A stretch of 60,000 nucleotides of DNA, taken from positions 171,060,001 to 171,120,000 of the forward strand of contig CM059425.1 of assembly GCA_030390025.1 (NCBI GenBank), in the 5' to 3' direction. The notes beneath the pieces are model-generated. The model was not told the origin of the DNA. It ran no database searches and saw nothing but the letters and a program-made list of their open reading frames with translations. Made by a program: the position numbers and the translations under genes. Each line of letters opens with the position of its first letter. Within the stretch, counting starts at the first letter, position 1. This stretch comes from Squalus acanthias. Its lineage: Eukaryota. Shown one piece after another: positions 24,304-35,531 of the stretch.

Positions 24304-26782
24304 AGCCTTCCTTAGGTAAGGAGACCAAAGTACAATTTTAAAGAATGTTTGTGTTTGTGTTGTGTGTGGAACTATCTTGTTTGCCATCACTCTTGCTAAT
24401 TTAGCTTCATTTTCCTTTGACAAACATAATCAAATTAGCCAGGCACAACTAACTGTACACAACAAGCTGCAGTAAAGCTTGTTAATATGAGAGCCCTGTG
24501 TGGTGCTAAGCAAATTATCCCATAATATGTCACTTAATGTTGACTTAAAACAGTCTCGCTGTTAAACTTCTCTGTTGCTAAATAAACATTCAAACACTGA
24601 TGCTAAGCCAATAATGTCATAAGAGCTCAATTCCTTCCATTGGTTTTGTTGCTTCATTGATGACACACAGAATGCATATAAACATCTATTTACTATTAGT
24701 AGATCTCCCATGGCATTGCTTACAGGTTGTTGGGAGTATGGGGTAGGGAGTGGAGGGGTCAGGTAGAGGACTGAGCGTGGGGAGGGGAGCGCAGCAGTCT
24801 GGGGGTGGGGAAATGGAGCACAGGATTGGGTAACAGAGCACAGCACTGAGGAGCAGAGCATTCAGGCAGGATGGGAGTTTCCTCTCACCTGGTGAAATGG
24901 AGCCTATATATAGCCGAGGCCAAGTGGCCTGCTTCTGCCCCCAGGTTCCATTGTTGACCGGAAGTGAAAGTATCCTGTGGCTGAAGTGTGGAGTAGAGGA
25001 GCTGAGAGTGAGGCTGTGATGGAGGTCAAAGAGACTTGCTGCCTCAATTCTGTACAACATATAGCATGTTTGCACTATTATTGTATTACATACTATTATA
25101 CACTACACTAGTGTAACGATTATATAAAAAGGACCCGTTGCAATGGAATTATCTCTTCATCCTCTGCTGTTTCCTCTCTGCATTATATTTATGCTCTGGG
25201 CCTCAATGCTGAGCCTGTGACTCACCTAGTCTCAGCACCTCAGTTTCACCTTAGACCAACCTCTTGGCTTCCAGCCTCGGCTTCAAACTCGGCCCAATTT
25301 CCAACTCCAGCCTTGTAGAATTAATGTTAATCACCTTTTACAGCACACAGGCAAGAAGCAAGGCATTAGAGCCCAAGGCCATGACTGGAAGCCAGTAGGT
25401 GGCTGGTCAAAGTCGGAGCTGGAAACTGAGCTAGGCAGAGGCAGACCCGGAGCTGGGTCCAGGAAAGTAGTGGCTGCTGCACACTTACACTTAACAACGT
25501 GTGTTTTCAACCATTCTGAAAATTTGAATTGTCTGAAATTCAAATCAAAAGTTTGATAAAACTGTCTACCATGTTGCTGGATCATTAGTTCAGTTGGATT
25601 TTCGGTCAGGCTATCTGCGTGGCTTCATTTGGCAACTGTATGACACTGTTAATCTTTTTTGTGTTTGAGAATTCACTAGTGATCCCTCACTGTACAGCAG
25701 GATGCCACAATCAGATGATGTAAAGAGGGCTGGACATATAATAAAGGCCCTCCCTCACCCACCTGAGACACACCCATCTTTCCTTCACATCTGAAGCCTT
25801 TAGCTCCTCTATTGCCATTTGAAGCATGATGTACATTGTTACATGATGATGCAGCATTCTCCGTGCCGATCAGCAAAGGTAATAGCTTGTTCTAAGGGAT
25901 AAATGCTTGTTTGCTTCTCCAGTTTAATCAGTGGATGGCGAACAATAAGGAGGCGGTGGGGTGGGGGTGGGGGGAATTTGTTGAAGCAGCGGATTAAAGA
26001 ACATAGAAGCAAGTCCATTCAAGTTCATTTTATGGCACAATGTTGTAACGGGAGCAGTGTAAAATGAGAGCTTGGCATTCCAGTCTCCATCTTTTTGTCG
26101 CTTACTTATGTCAGCGTTTTTTCCCCCAAGATTGTCCATGTGTGGACTTTTTCCACATTCTGCAAATGATTCACTCCATTTCTTCTCCAACTCTTTTCAA
26201 CCTTTCTGGTGTCGTTCAATACAAGATACTTGGATGAGAGATGGTAAATAGGCTGGTTAAAAACTTTGCAAGTGATTGAGAACACTGTCAAAAAAAATTG
26301 AAATATTCTCCACTGACATAACTGAACTGTAAAAATGGGCCCCACACAGACATTTTGACAGACATCACTGTTGTATAAGCTCACAATTAGATCTCTTCTG
26401 TCAAAGCATGTCAATGTACTACTGAATTATTACTGCTCTTCTCAGAACACACATATAGATATATATGTTTCTTCAACAAACTGCATATTGTTAATATTGT
26501 GATATATCTTCAGCAGAGGAAACATTGATCACTGTCATGTAAGTGGCATGAATGGTTGTCACAATGATACCCGTAGATTGCTTACAAGACATTGCTACGT
26601 ACCAACATAGAAAGCAACATAATTGAGAATTCAGTACATCAGAAACATCTGCTTATTTCTCGTGTTGAAAATCACTTACATTTTGTGAGGCCTTCCACCA
26701 CCAGCAAGATCTCACATGCAGCCGGGACATGCTGCAAAATCGCGAGCACACTGCCCACCATTTTCCTACCATTGAAATCAAT

Positions 26783-27003
26783 GGGGTGAAATTGAACTGG
26801 GGGGGTTAGCGCAAAATGGTGGGGTGGGGTGCAGTTAGCGCAAAACAGGCGACAGCGAATCGGCAACCCATTTTACACCCCGCCCAATTTTCTCTCTCAT
26901 TGACTTTGATGGGAAATAAAATCAGGCAGGGTGTAAATGGGCCATCGATCCGCTGTCGCCTGTTTTGCGCTAACTGCACCCCACCCAAGACTAATTTCAC
27001 CCC
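26783..27003. mobile_element. Palindromic Harbinger-like MITE (221 bp)
   Basis: TIR GGGGTGAAATT / AATTTCACCCC; long inner arm GGGTGGGGTGCAGTTAGCGCAAAACAGGCGACAGCG perfectly inverted; TSD AAT. Confidence 0.9.
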
Positions 27004-28749
27004 AATATTTTTTAAACTTTGCTATAAATGAACCAGAATGCATCATTTTTAAAGTATAAATTAATTTTGTTTTGGGAAGCTGCCTCCAGACCGCCAGAGA
27101 AATGCATCATTGCTTTGGTCCCTTCAATATTTGAGTTTCTCCTTCAGGCTTTCATGCAGTTACATTCTCCTCCAATACAAGTACACCTAAAGTTTAAGTT
27201 ACAAAGCCCAGGTAACTACACCAGGCCCATTCTTGTGTTGTGAGCTGTTTTGATGCAGTCGGTCAGCGATTGCTGGTTTTCTAGGTTGGCATGTATGTGA
27301 TCACTGGAGGAAGCAGAGAGCTGCAGACAAAAGGGTTTTACTGAGCTTTTATCATGCACAGACAGCTTTCAAAGTATATTTACTGTCTGAATACGTCTCT
27401 GTAAACATTTTATCCGATTCATGAAACATTGTATTGTTCTGTACTACAATTGTGCACAATCCCTGAAAAAACATCAGAAAACATTGAGCTTCATTTACTG
27501 CTGAAGCAAATCGCTTATAACCTCAACAAAAGATCAAACCATTTTTATTCTTTCCTTCACATGATGTACCCTTAAGCGCATTCAGGATTTTGCGGCATTT
27601 TTTTTCTCTCAGTCTGCCCTTTAAGGGGAGGTTCCACTCTTGACAAGTATTTTCCCTGCTTCACAAACCACAAAAGTCAAAAAGAAGTCCAATGAGCCTT
27701 TCTCTTTGCATTCCTGTGTTTTGAAAGGTCTGATGAACGAGCCCTGAGTGAATCGTTTCTGACGCCCAAGAACTGAATGACTTGCAGGCACACGGCACAT
27801 CAACCTGCCAAGGTCGGCAGATTGAAAGGCGGGAAGAAAAGGAGCTGATAGGATACATCTGCTTACTACCAGAACCAATGGTTTCTTCCATTTCTTCTTT
27901 ACTGCCTGCAGAAGCACCAACACCCAAATTTCTCCATCACCAGCAGATGGTCTTCGACTAAAGGTATAATCAGGAGCAGGTTGCATGATTTATCCACAGC
28001 GCAATCATAATTAGAGGCTATGACTGAGAAAACATAACTAGAGAAGTGGGACTTGGAAAATATCAGCACTGACCCAGTTTGCTCAGGCCATTGTTCTTAC
28101 TGAAAAAATAATTATCTCTGGTTTTTACAAGTGAAAACTCCAATTTCTAACAAAAATAACTGCAAGCCTCGACTCAGATTGGTCAAAAACAGCTGCCACT
28201 CTGGTTGAAAATGAATCCACAGAGGGGTTTCCAGCAGTCACATCAATTTTTATTCTCTGTACAACAGTTTACACTGATTATCAATTTTACTTTCACATCA
28301 CTGTAAAGTGCAGCTGAGATACTGGTTATTAACACTGGACATCGAGGGAGGTTTTATTTGGCTTGATGTTGACAGTGACATGATGCAGCGCTGAATTCAC
28401 TCTACATTTTGCAAACAGTGAGAGATGGACAGTGAAACAAGAAAGATGGTTAAACTAGGACTGAACTACTGCTCTCGCCGCATCTCGAGATCCACGCTCA
28501 ACGCCATGCAGCACCGCATGAACACTCTCGACTTCTCTCTTCAGCAGCACCGACGCACTCTATCTCAAAGCTGTCCGGGTCCACAGTTCCATTTCATCCT
28601 TCGACTCATCCGACGCTTCAACAAAAAACTTTTTTTCTTTCTTTCTGATGTCAAGGATCGCAAGCTTCATCAACTCTTGAACACCAACGCCCCTCCGGAA
28701 CCTTCTTCCCCTTCACTTTCCTCTGACACCCCCTTCTCCCAATCTCACC

Positions 28750-30942
28750 CCCTGCCGCGTTTTCACTATCCCTTCTGACCTTCCCCTCTCTGACCCCGAA
28801 CGATCAGTCCTCAGCAAAGGCCTGAGCTTCATCCCCTTACGCCCCCACCTCAATGAATTTTGAGCTCGGCACGATGCCGAGCTCTTTTTCTGTTGCCTTC
28901 GCCTACGTGCCCACTTCTTTGGCCAGGAGTCTTCCCCCCGCACGGCTGACCCTTTCTCCCGCTTTCAGAATTCTTGTTCTACCTGGACCCCTCCCTCTGG
29001 CCTCTTACCCTCTCTAGATCTTTTCATTGCAAACTGCCACCGTGACATCGGCCGTCTCCATTTCTCTGCTCCCCTCACTTACTCCAACCTACCTCCCTCT
29101 GAACTTGCAGCACTTCATTCTCTTAGATCCAACCCCGACATTGTCATTAAACCTGCTGACAAGGGTGGTGCTGTTGTTGTTTGGAGAACCGACCTCTACC
29201 TAGCGGAAGCTGAACGCCAACTCTCCGACGCCTCCTCCTACCTCCACCTGGACCATGACCCCACTACCGAACATCAAGCCACCGTTTCCAAGACTGTCAC
29301 TGACCTCATCTCCTCTGGAGATCTTCCCCCCACGGCCGCCAACCTCATAGTCCCCCAACCCCGCTTCTACCTCCTTCCCAAGATCCACAAACAGGACTGC
29401 CCTGGTAGACCCATCATTTCAGCCTGTTCTTGCCCCACGGAACTTATCTCTTCCTATCTCGACTCTATTTTTTCTCCCCTTGTCCAGTCTCTTCCCACCT
29501 ACATCCGCGACTCTTCCAACACCCTCCGCCACTTTAACAGTTTCCAGTTTCCCGGCCCCAACCGCCTCCTTTTCACTATGGACGTACAATCCCTCTACAC
29601 CTCCATCCCCCACCAGGATGGCCTGAGGGCGCTCCGCTTCTTCTTTGAACAGAGGCCTAAGCAGTCCCCATCCACCACCACCCTCCTCCGCCTGGCTGAA
29701 CTTGTTCTCACATTGAACAACTTCTCCTTTGACTCCACTCATTTCCTCCAAATCAAAGGTGTTGCTATGGGTACCCGCATGGGTCCTAGCTATGCCTGTC
29801 TTTTCGTGGGATATGTGGAACACTCTTTGTTCCAGTCCTACTCGGGTCCCCTCCCTCACCTCTTTTTCTGGTACATCGATGACTGTATCAGTGCCGTCTC
29901 CTGCTCTCGCCCTGAACTAGAAAATTTCATTCACTTTGCTTCCAATTTCCACCCTTCCCTCACCTTCACATGGTCCATCTCCGACTCTTCCTTTCCCTTC
30001 CTTGACTTCTCCGTCTCCATCTCTGGGGATAGGTTATTGACAAACATTCACTACAAGCCCACTGACTCCCACAGCTACCTGGACTACACTTCCTCCCACC
30101 CCGCCTCCTGTAAGGACTCTATTCCATTCTCCCAGTTTCTCCGTCTCCGCCGCATCTGCTCTGACGATGCCACCTTCCATACCAGTGCTTCCGACATGTC
30201 TTCCTTTTTCCTCAACTGAGGATTCCCCTCTACTGTGGTTGACACGGCCCTCGACCGTGTCCATTCTATCTCCCGCACTTCTGCCCTCACCCCTGCCCCT
30301 CCCTCCTGGAACCACAATAGAGTTCCCCTTGTCCTCACCTTTCACCCCACCAGCCTCCACATTCAACGGATCTTCCTCCGCCATTTCCGCCACCTCCAGC
30401 GTGATCCCACCACCAAATGCATCTTCCCCTCACCTCCCCTTTCAGCATTCCGCAGGGACCGCTCCCTCCGCGACACCCTAGTCCACTCCTCTACCACCCC
30501 CAGCACCCCTTCCCCTTCGCCCGGCACCTTCCCGTGCAAGTGCAGGAGATGCAACACATGCCCTTACACCTCCCCACTTCCCACTGTCCAGGTCCCCAAA
30601 CACCCCTTCCAGGTGAAACAGCGATTTACTTGTACTTCTTGCAATTTAGTATACTGTATTCGCTGCTCACGATGTGGTCTCCTCTACATTGGGGAGACCA
30701 AACGCAGATTGGGTGACCGCTTTGCGGAACACCTCCGTTCAGTCCATAAGGGGGACCCCGAGCTCCCGGTGGCCTGTCACTTTAATTCACCACTTCACTC
30801 CCACTCAGATCTCACCGTCCTCGGCCTCTTGCATTGTTCCACGGAAGCTCAGCGTAAGCTCGAGGAACAGCACCTCATCTTTCGTTTAGGCACGCTACAG
30901 CCCTCTGGACTCAACATAGAGTTCAACAATTTCAGATCATAA
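28750..30942 (+). pseudogene. PLE reverse transcriptase-GIY-YIG endonuclease reading frame with two stops
   Basis: One frame is continuous apart from TGA at 28861 and 30217. A frameshift near 28730-28750 joins it to ORF 28425-28778. Confidence 0.9.
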
Positions 30943-30955
30943 CCTCGGCTCCTAT

Positions 30956-30980
30956 TATATATATATATATATATATATAT
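30956..30980. repeat. (TA)n microsatellite in PLE 3' UTR
   Basis: Direct inspection. Confidence 0.9.
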
Positions 30981-31261
30981 CTCCACACTTTTTGTTTGGC
31001 CTTTTTTTCTTCCCTCCCACATGGCAGCTGTCCTTCATTCTGCCAGCGCAATTCACACTTCATCTAGAGCCATCCTTTGTTCCTTAACCTGTCCCATTAC
31101 CACCTCCTCTCGCCTTGAATATCTCTTAATGTCTTTCAATGTCTCTTAATCTCTCCTGCTTTCTATCCTATCACTGACCTTCCCTTTTGTTCTTTCATCC
31201 CCTCCCCCTTTTCCCAGCCCCTAAACTTGCTTTAAAATCTATTCCATTTCCTGCTTTTTTC

Positions 31262-31300
31262 CAGTTCTGACGAAAGGTCATCGACCTGAAACGTTAACTC
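31262..31300 (+). ncRNA. Minimal type I hammerhead ribozyme
   Basis: CAGTT-CTGACGA-A-AGGTC ATC GACCT-GAA-ACGT-T-AACT: stem I AGTT/AACT, stem II AGGTC/GACCT, palindromic ACGT stem III. Confidence 0.8.
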
Positions 31301-31883
31301 TGTTTCTCTCTCCACAGATGCTGCCTGGCCTGCTGAGTTTTTCCAGCGTTTTCTGTTGTTAAAATAATCTACTCGTCTCTTTTCCTTAAAGAGGAGGGCG
31401 GGTGAAATTTTCCAGATGTGTCAACTCCAGCTATAAAACCGTGTATTCAGACCTGGATACAGGCCTCCATAAAATCTCACCATAATTGATTCTATACAAG
31501 TCATTTTTGTCATCCTCCAATTTGCCCTTTGATTTTCTCCAGTACCCCTCTTCTCCAGAGGAAGGTCATGATACCGGAAGTTAGTCCTACAAATGCTGGC
31601 TGCCATGTGCCTTACCCAAGTAGCTATTCCATGTGTTAGCCTGCACAAAGTGAGGTAGATTTCCTGATCAAGACTCTGATCCGGTGTTAGTTAGGACTGG
31701 AAAGTGTGTTATTAGTACCTGGCCAAGTGTTAGTGGCGGGGGGCGGGGGGAGAGAATTGCAGCATGTTAGCAGCCCTCAGAAGGGAGGAGCACTCCTGCT
31801 ACTCATGACTCCACAGGAACGTATTTTTAAAAAAAAGTTAAGATCAAATAAAGCATGCATTGGGCACCTCATATAAATGCGCA

Positions 31884-32331
31884 AAAAGAATAATAATTAG
31901 CATTTATATGGTGCCTTTCACAATATCAGGACGTTCCAAAGTGATTTACAGACAATGAAATACTTTTGAAATGTAATCACTGTTGTAATGTAGGAATCAC
32001 GGCAGTCAATTTGCCACAGGTCCCTCAGACAGCAATGAGGTAACGACCAGATAATCTATTTTTAGCAATGTTGGTTGATGGATAAATATTGGCCAGGACT
32101 CCGGGAGAACTTCCTGCTCTTCTTCGAAATAGTGCCATGGAATCTTTTACGTCCACCTGAGAGGGCAGATGGAGCCTCAGCCGAAAGACGGCACCGCTGA
32201 AAGTACAGCAATCCCTCAGTGTTGCACGGAAGTGTCAGCCGAGGATTTTCTGCACAAGTCTCTGGAGTGGGACTTAAATCCACAACCTTCTGACTCAGAG
32301 GCGAGAGTGCTACCACTGAGCCTAAGCTGAC
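31884..32331 (-). mobile_element. DeuSINE (SacSINE1-like)
   Basis: tRNA-like head, Deu-domain-like core (CTCTCAGGTGGACGTAAAAGAT.CCATGGCACTATTTCGAAGAAGAGCAGG) and L2-like tail ATATAAATGC. Confidence 0.85.
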
Positions 32332-33084
32332 AGAAAAGGGGCCTAACACTTGTTTTAGGCGGACACCAGGGATGTCTGAAAAATGGCCCAACCCAATTTC
32401 GGGTGGGAAACCTTTCAGGCATCCTTGGGGCACAGGACATTGGTCCTCAAAATTGAGCTTCGTAAAACAGTCGCGACGAGGTCCAGTTTCTGCCCTAATG
32501 TCCTTAAAAAAAAAAGTAATTAATTGGTTGTGAAGTGTATTGGGTATCTTGAGGATGTGAAAAGCACTAAAAAAATGAATGTTCATTCTTTCTTTCCACA
32601 AATAGAGTCCAGACTCACAATTGTATTTTTTTTTAATGCAGATATTTCTATCTGTACTCCCACTTTTATGTTTGATTTGTCTGCACCCACAGTTGATTGT
32701 CATTTACTTGATGTGTCTGTGGACAAACACCCTATTTAGGATGGACAATACATTGAGCAGCTTTCCTGAGGAAAAGAGGCATCAGTTTGACCGGGCTGCT
32801 CGGTTTATCCACAACCAAGGAAAACTAGGTGGCTAAAATTTTATTTAATATTTATGTTATTTACCACACTCTGGTATTTTAGCACAATTCCCATACCCAA
32901 TTTTTTTTCAAATATCCATATCATCTGGGTTTGATTGTGTTTTTTATACTTCTAATCCCATTAACTTTTGAAGTGCAGATTCCTTCTGAATACTTCTCTC
33001 CAGTAGTAGGTCTTCAACATCCTCCTCAGCTACTTGTACAGTCCCAGTTTCACCTTCTTTGCCTGAAATCATTAACTTCTTCCT

Positions 33085-33335
33085 GGGGTTTGGTTCAATG
33101 GGAGCCGGTCACCCTCCAGTACATTGCCCAAGTGGCCACTATTCTTGTGTGAGAATGGATGTCGCCAGACTATTCCATCACAGGGGCATCACATCCAGTT
33201 TCAGCCCTGTCCTTCCCCAATGTTTACACAAACCCATAACCAGCAGGGGTTGCTTGACAGTGATCAGGAGCAGGAAATCTGGCCACTTTTCCCCTTCCTA
33301 ACCCAGGGGTGCTGAGGCCAATTGTAATACCCCTA
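33085..33335 (-). mobile_element. SINE family B copy
   Basis: Reverse complement CAATTGGCCTCAGCACCCCTGGGTTAGGAAGGGG matches about 1731-1763. Confidence 0.6.
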
Positions 33336-34009
33336 TTCACACCCTTCAGGTTTAGCCAGACAGATGCTGACCGACAGCATTTCCTATTTTTATTTCAAAT
33401 GTCCATATATAATGTACTTGAAAAAAATGTTTCATTTGCCCGTCTTGTCACATGATGTTGTTCCTTTGTCATTATGCACTTCATGATGGCTGTTCTATTA
33501 TTATTATTCCCAGTATGAGCCACTCCTACGGAGTAAGTCTGATTTAGATTTAAATGCTCAGATGGAAAACAAGTTACATATTAGAAATAATAACAGCTGC
33601 CTTAGATCACAAAGTTGTAACACAATCACTGGCTTAGATGACTTTATAAACCTCAAGAGCTTGATGTCATCCAAATTCCTTCTGTTACAGTCTTTAACAC
33701 TCTCGAAGGCAAGTATTAATCTCTGTGTCATCTTACTTCAACGGGAAATAATAGAACATATATAAGTGTCTGCATATGTATGTGAACAGAATGGCCACCA
33801 GTGAGCTACAAGATAGTAATTCGATAGCCCTCTTCTGATGTCAGAAAACACCACAGCATAGCTCAAGGTATTTGCTAATGTCAACAACTTCAAACTCCCA
33901 GATTGAATTACTGTCTTATATACAACAGATTCAGTACTGTCAGTAGAATTTTAGTAAATTTTCACAGCCAAATTGTAGGCGTTCAGTAAAGTGTGTGCAT
34001 GCTGAGCCA

Positions 34010-34168
34010 AATGAAATTTTCAAGACGGAGATCGATAGATTATTAGGTAAGGGTATCAAGGAATATGGAACAAAGGTGGGTAAATGGAGTTGAGGTACAG
34101 ATCAGCCATAATCCAACTGAATGGCGGAACAGGCTCGAGGGGCTGAATGGCCTACTTCTCTTCCTTTA
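34010..34168 (+). mobile_element. CR1 3' end fragment
   Basis: FKTEIDRLL.KGIKEYG plus the GATCAGCCAT..GAATGGCCTACT tail. Confidence 0.8.
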
Positions 34169-34298
34169 AGCATGTGAACTTTGTTCACGAGAACCGTGAA
34201 AAACATCCAGCAGTACAATTATAGATTTTTGTCCTTCACAAATGCATTATGTCTGGAGAGAGGACTTTAAGTTTTATAACGCTAAGGTGGTTACTAGT

Positions 34299-34728
34299 AC
34301 AGAATCACAGAAGGCGGCCATTCAGTCCATCGTGTTTGTGCCGGCCGAAAAAGAGCTACCCAGCCTAATCCCACTTTCCAACTCTTGGTCCGCAGCCCTG
34401 TAGGTTACAGCACTTCAAATGCATATCCAAGTACTTTTTAAATGTGATGAGGGTTTCTGCCTCTACCACACTTTCAGGCAGTGAGTTTCAGATCCCTACC
34501 ATCCTCTGGGTGAAAAAATTTCTCCTCAACTCCCCTCTAATCCTTCTACCAATTAAAAGAAAAAGAAAGAAAGCCTTGCATTTATATAGCACCTTTCACG
34601 ATCACCGGACATCCCAAAGCGCTTTACAACCAATGAATGACTTTTCGAAGTGTAGTCACTGGTGTAATGTAGAAAAATTACTTTAAATCTATGCCCCCTG
34701 ATTATTGACCTCTCTGCTAAGGAAAGTA
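34299..34728 (-). mobile_element. CR1 3' fragment interrupted by a DeuSINE tail
   Basis: Matches the 3' ends at 11180 and 52790; resumes at 34681 after the insertion. Confidence 0.85.
34556..34675 (-). mobile_element. 5'-truncated DeuSINE tail with AATTA TSD
   Basis: Reverse complement of about 40680-40799; AATTA at 34551-34555 and 34676-34680. Confidence 0.8.
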
Positions 34729-35059
34729 GTGGGAGCAATTTGAGGTGATGAATTAAGAGCATCCTATAACAATAAATCAAAAGATGTAATTTTCCCACTG
34801 TATTTATACCAATACACTGAATAAGACTACTTTCCAAATTTTAAAGGGCCAGATTTTGCACTCACCCATCTCCTGTAGGACAAACTTCAGGGGATCTTTT
34901 GGGGTCGGCACCATTTACATAATTCTGGTGGCATCGCAGTGACATTCCTGGCCACAAAGGGAGCCCACCGGAGAAGGGTTTGAAAAATGCCTGTGGCAGG
35001 CCTCGATGACTATCACAAAGTGATGTAGCTGGAAACCTGCGTCGCAGCTGAATGAGATG

Positions 35060-35531
35060 GGATGCTCATCCAAAACTCTGCTGCCCACATCCTAACCTGC
35101 ACCAAGTCCTGCTCACCCACCACCCCTGTGCTCGCTGACCTACATTGGCTCCCGGTCCACCAATTACTTGATTTTAAAATTCTCATTCTCATCTTAAAAT
35201 CCCTTATTTGGCCTCATCTCTCCCTTTCTCTGGAACCTCCACCTGCCCTATACCCTCCAAGAACTCTGCGTTCCTTCAACTCTGGCCTCTTATGCTTCCC
35301 CCACTCCCTTTGCCACACCACTGACAGATGTGCCTTCAGCTGTCTAGACCCCCAAGTTCCCTAAATCGCTCCACCTCTCTCTCCTCCTTTAAGCCTACCA
35401 CTTTTGACGAAGCTTTTATTCAACCCTCCTAATATCTCCTTCTTTGGCTTGGCATCAATGTTTGTCCGATTATGCTTGTATGAAGCGTCTTGTATGTTAA
35501 AGGCTGTATATAAATGCAAGTTGTTGTTGTT
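35060..35531 (+). mobile_element. L2 3' end
   Basis: LIQNSAAHILT..TPVLADLHWLPV..DFKILIL, ending ATATAAATGCAAG(TTG)n. Confidence 0.85.

Larger units (their letters stand above)
22891..24330 (-). mobile_element. CR1 3' fragment interrupted by two MITEs
   Basis: RLIPGMRGLS..ERLSRLGLYSLEFRRMRGDLIETYKIL..RRNVFTQRVVNL. CR1 sequence resumes after each insertion; candidate TSD AGTACA at 22888 and 24329. Confidence 0.9.
28460..31360 (+). mobile_element. Penelope-like retroelement (Neptune-type linker), 5'-truncated
   Basis: KPADKGGAVVV, FYLLPKIHK..GRPII, MDVQSLYTSI, GVAMGTRMGP, YIDD, CKCRRCNTC linker and LVYCIRC..C..YIGET..RFAEH..HFN..E..GLN. The 3' UTR carries a hammerhead. Confidence 0.95.

Noticed and set aside
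24730..24835. G-rich tract with G-quadruplex potential (also 46060-46230 on the minus strand)
   Set aside because: Low-complexity sequence with no supporting context.
26131..26243. Exon-like AG..GT segment that might chain with other candidates
   Set aside because: Its phase does not join the neighbouring candidates into a coherent ORF, and the peptide is unrecognised.
29200..30557. Several minus-strand ORFs of 60-146 aa
   Set aside because: Antisense shadows of the C-rich PLE coding frame.
32062..32703. 213-aa ORF (likewise the 143-aa ORF at 40437)
   Set aside because: It runs through DeuSINE and MITE sequence and has no protein motif.
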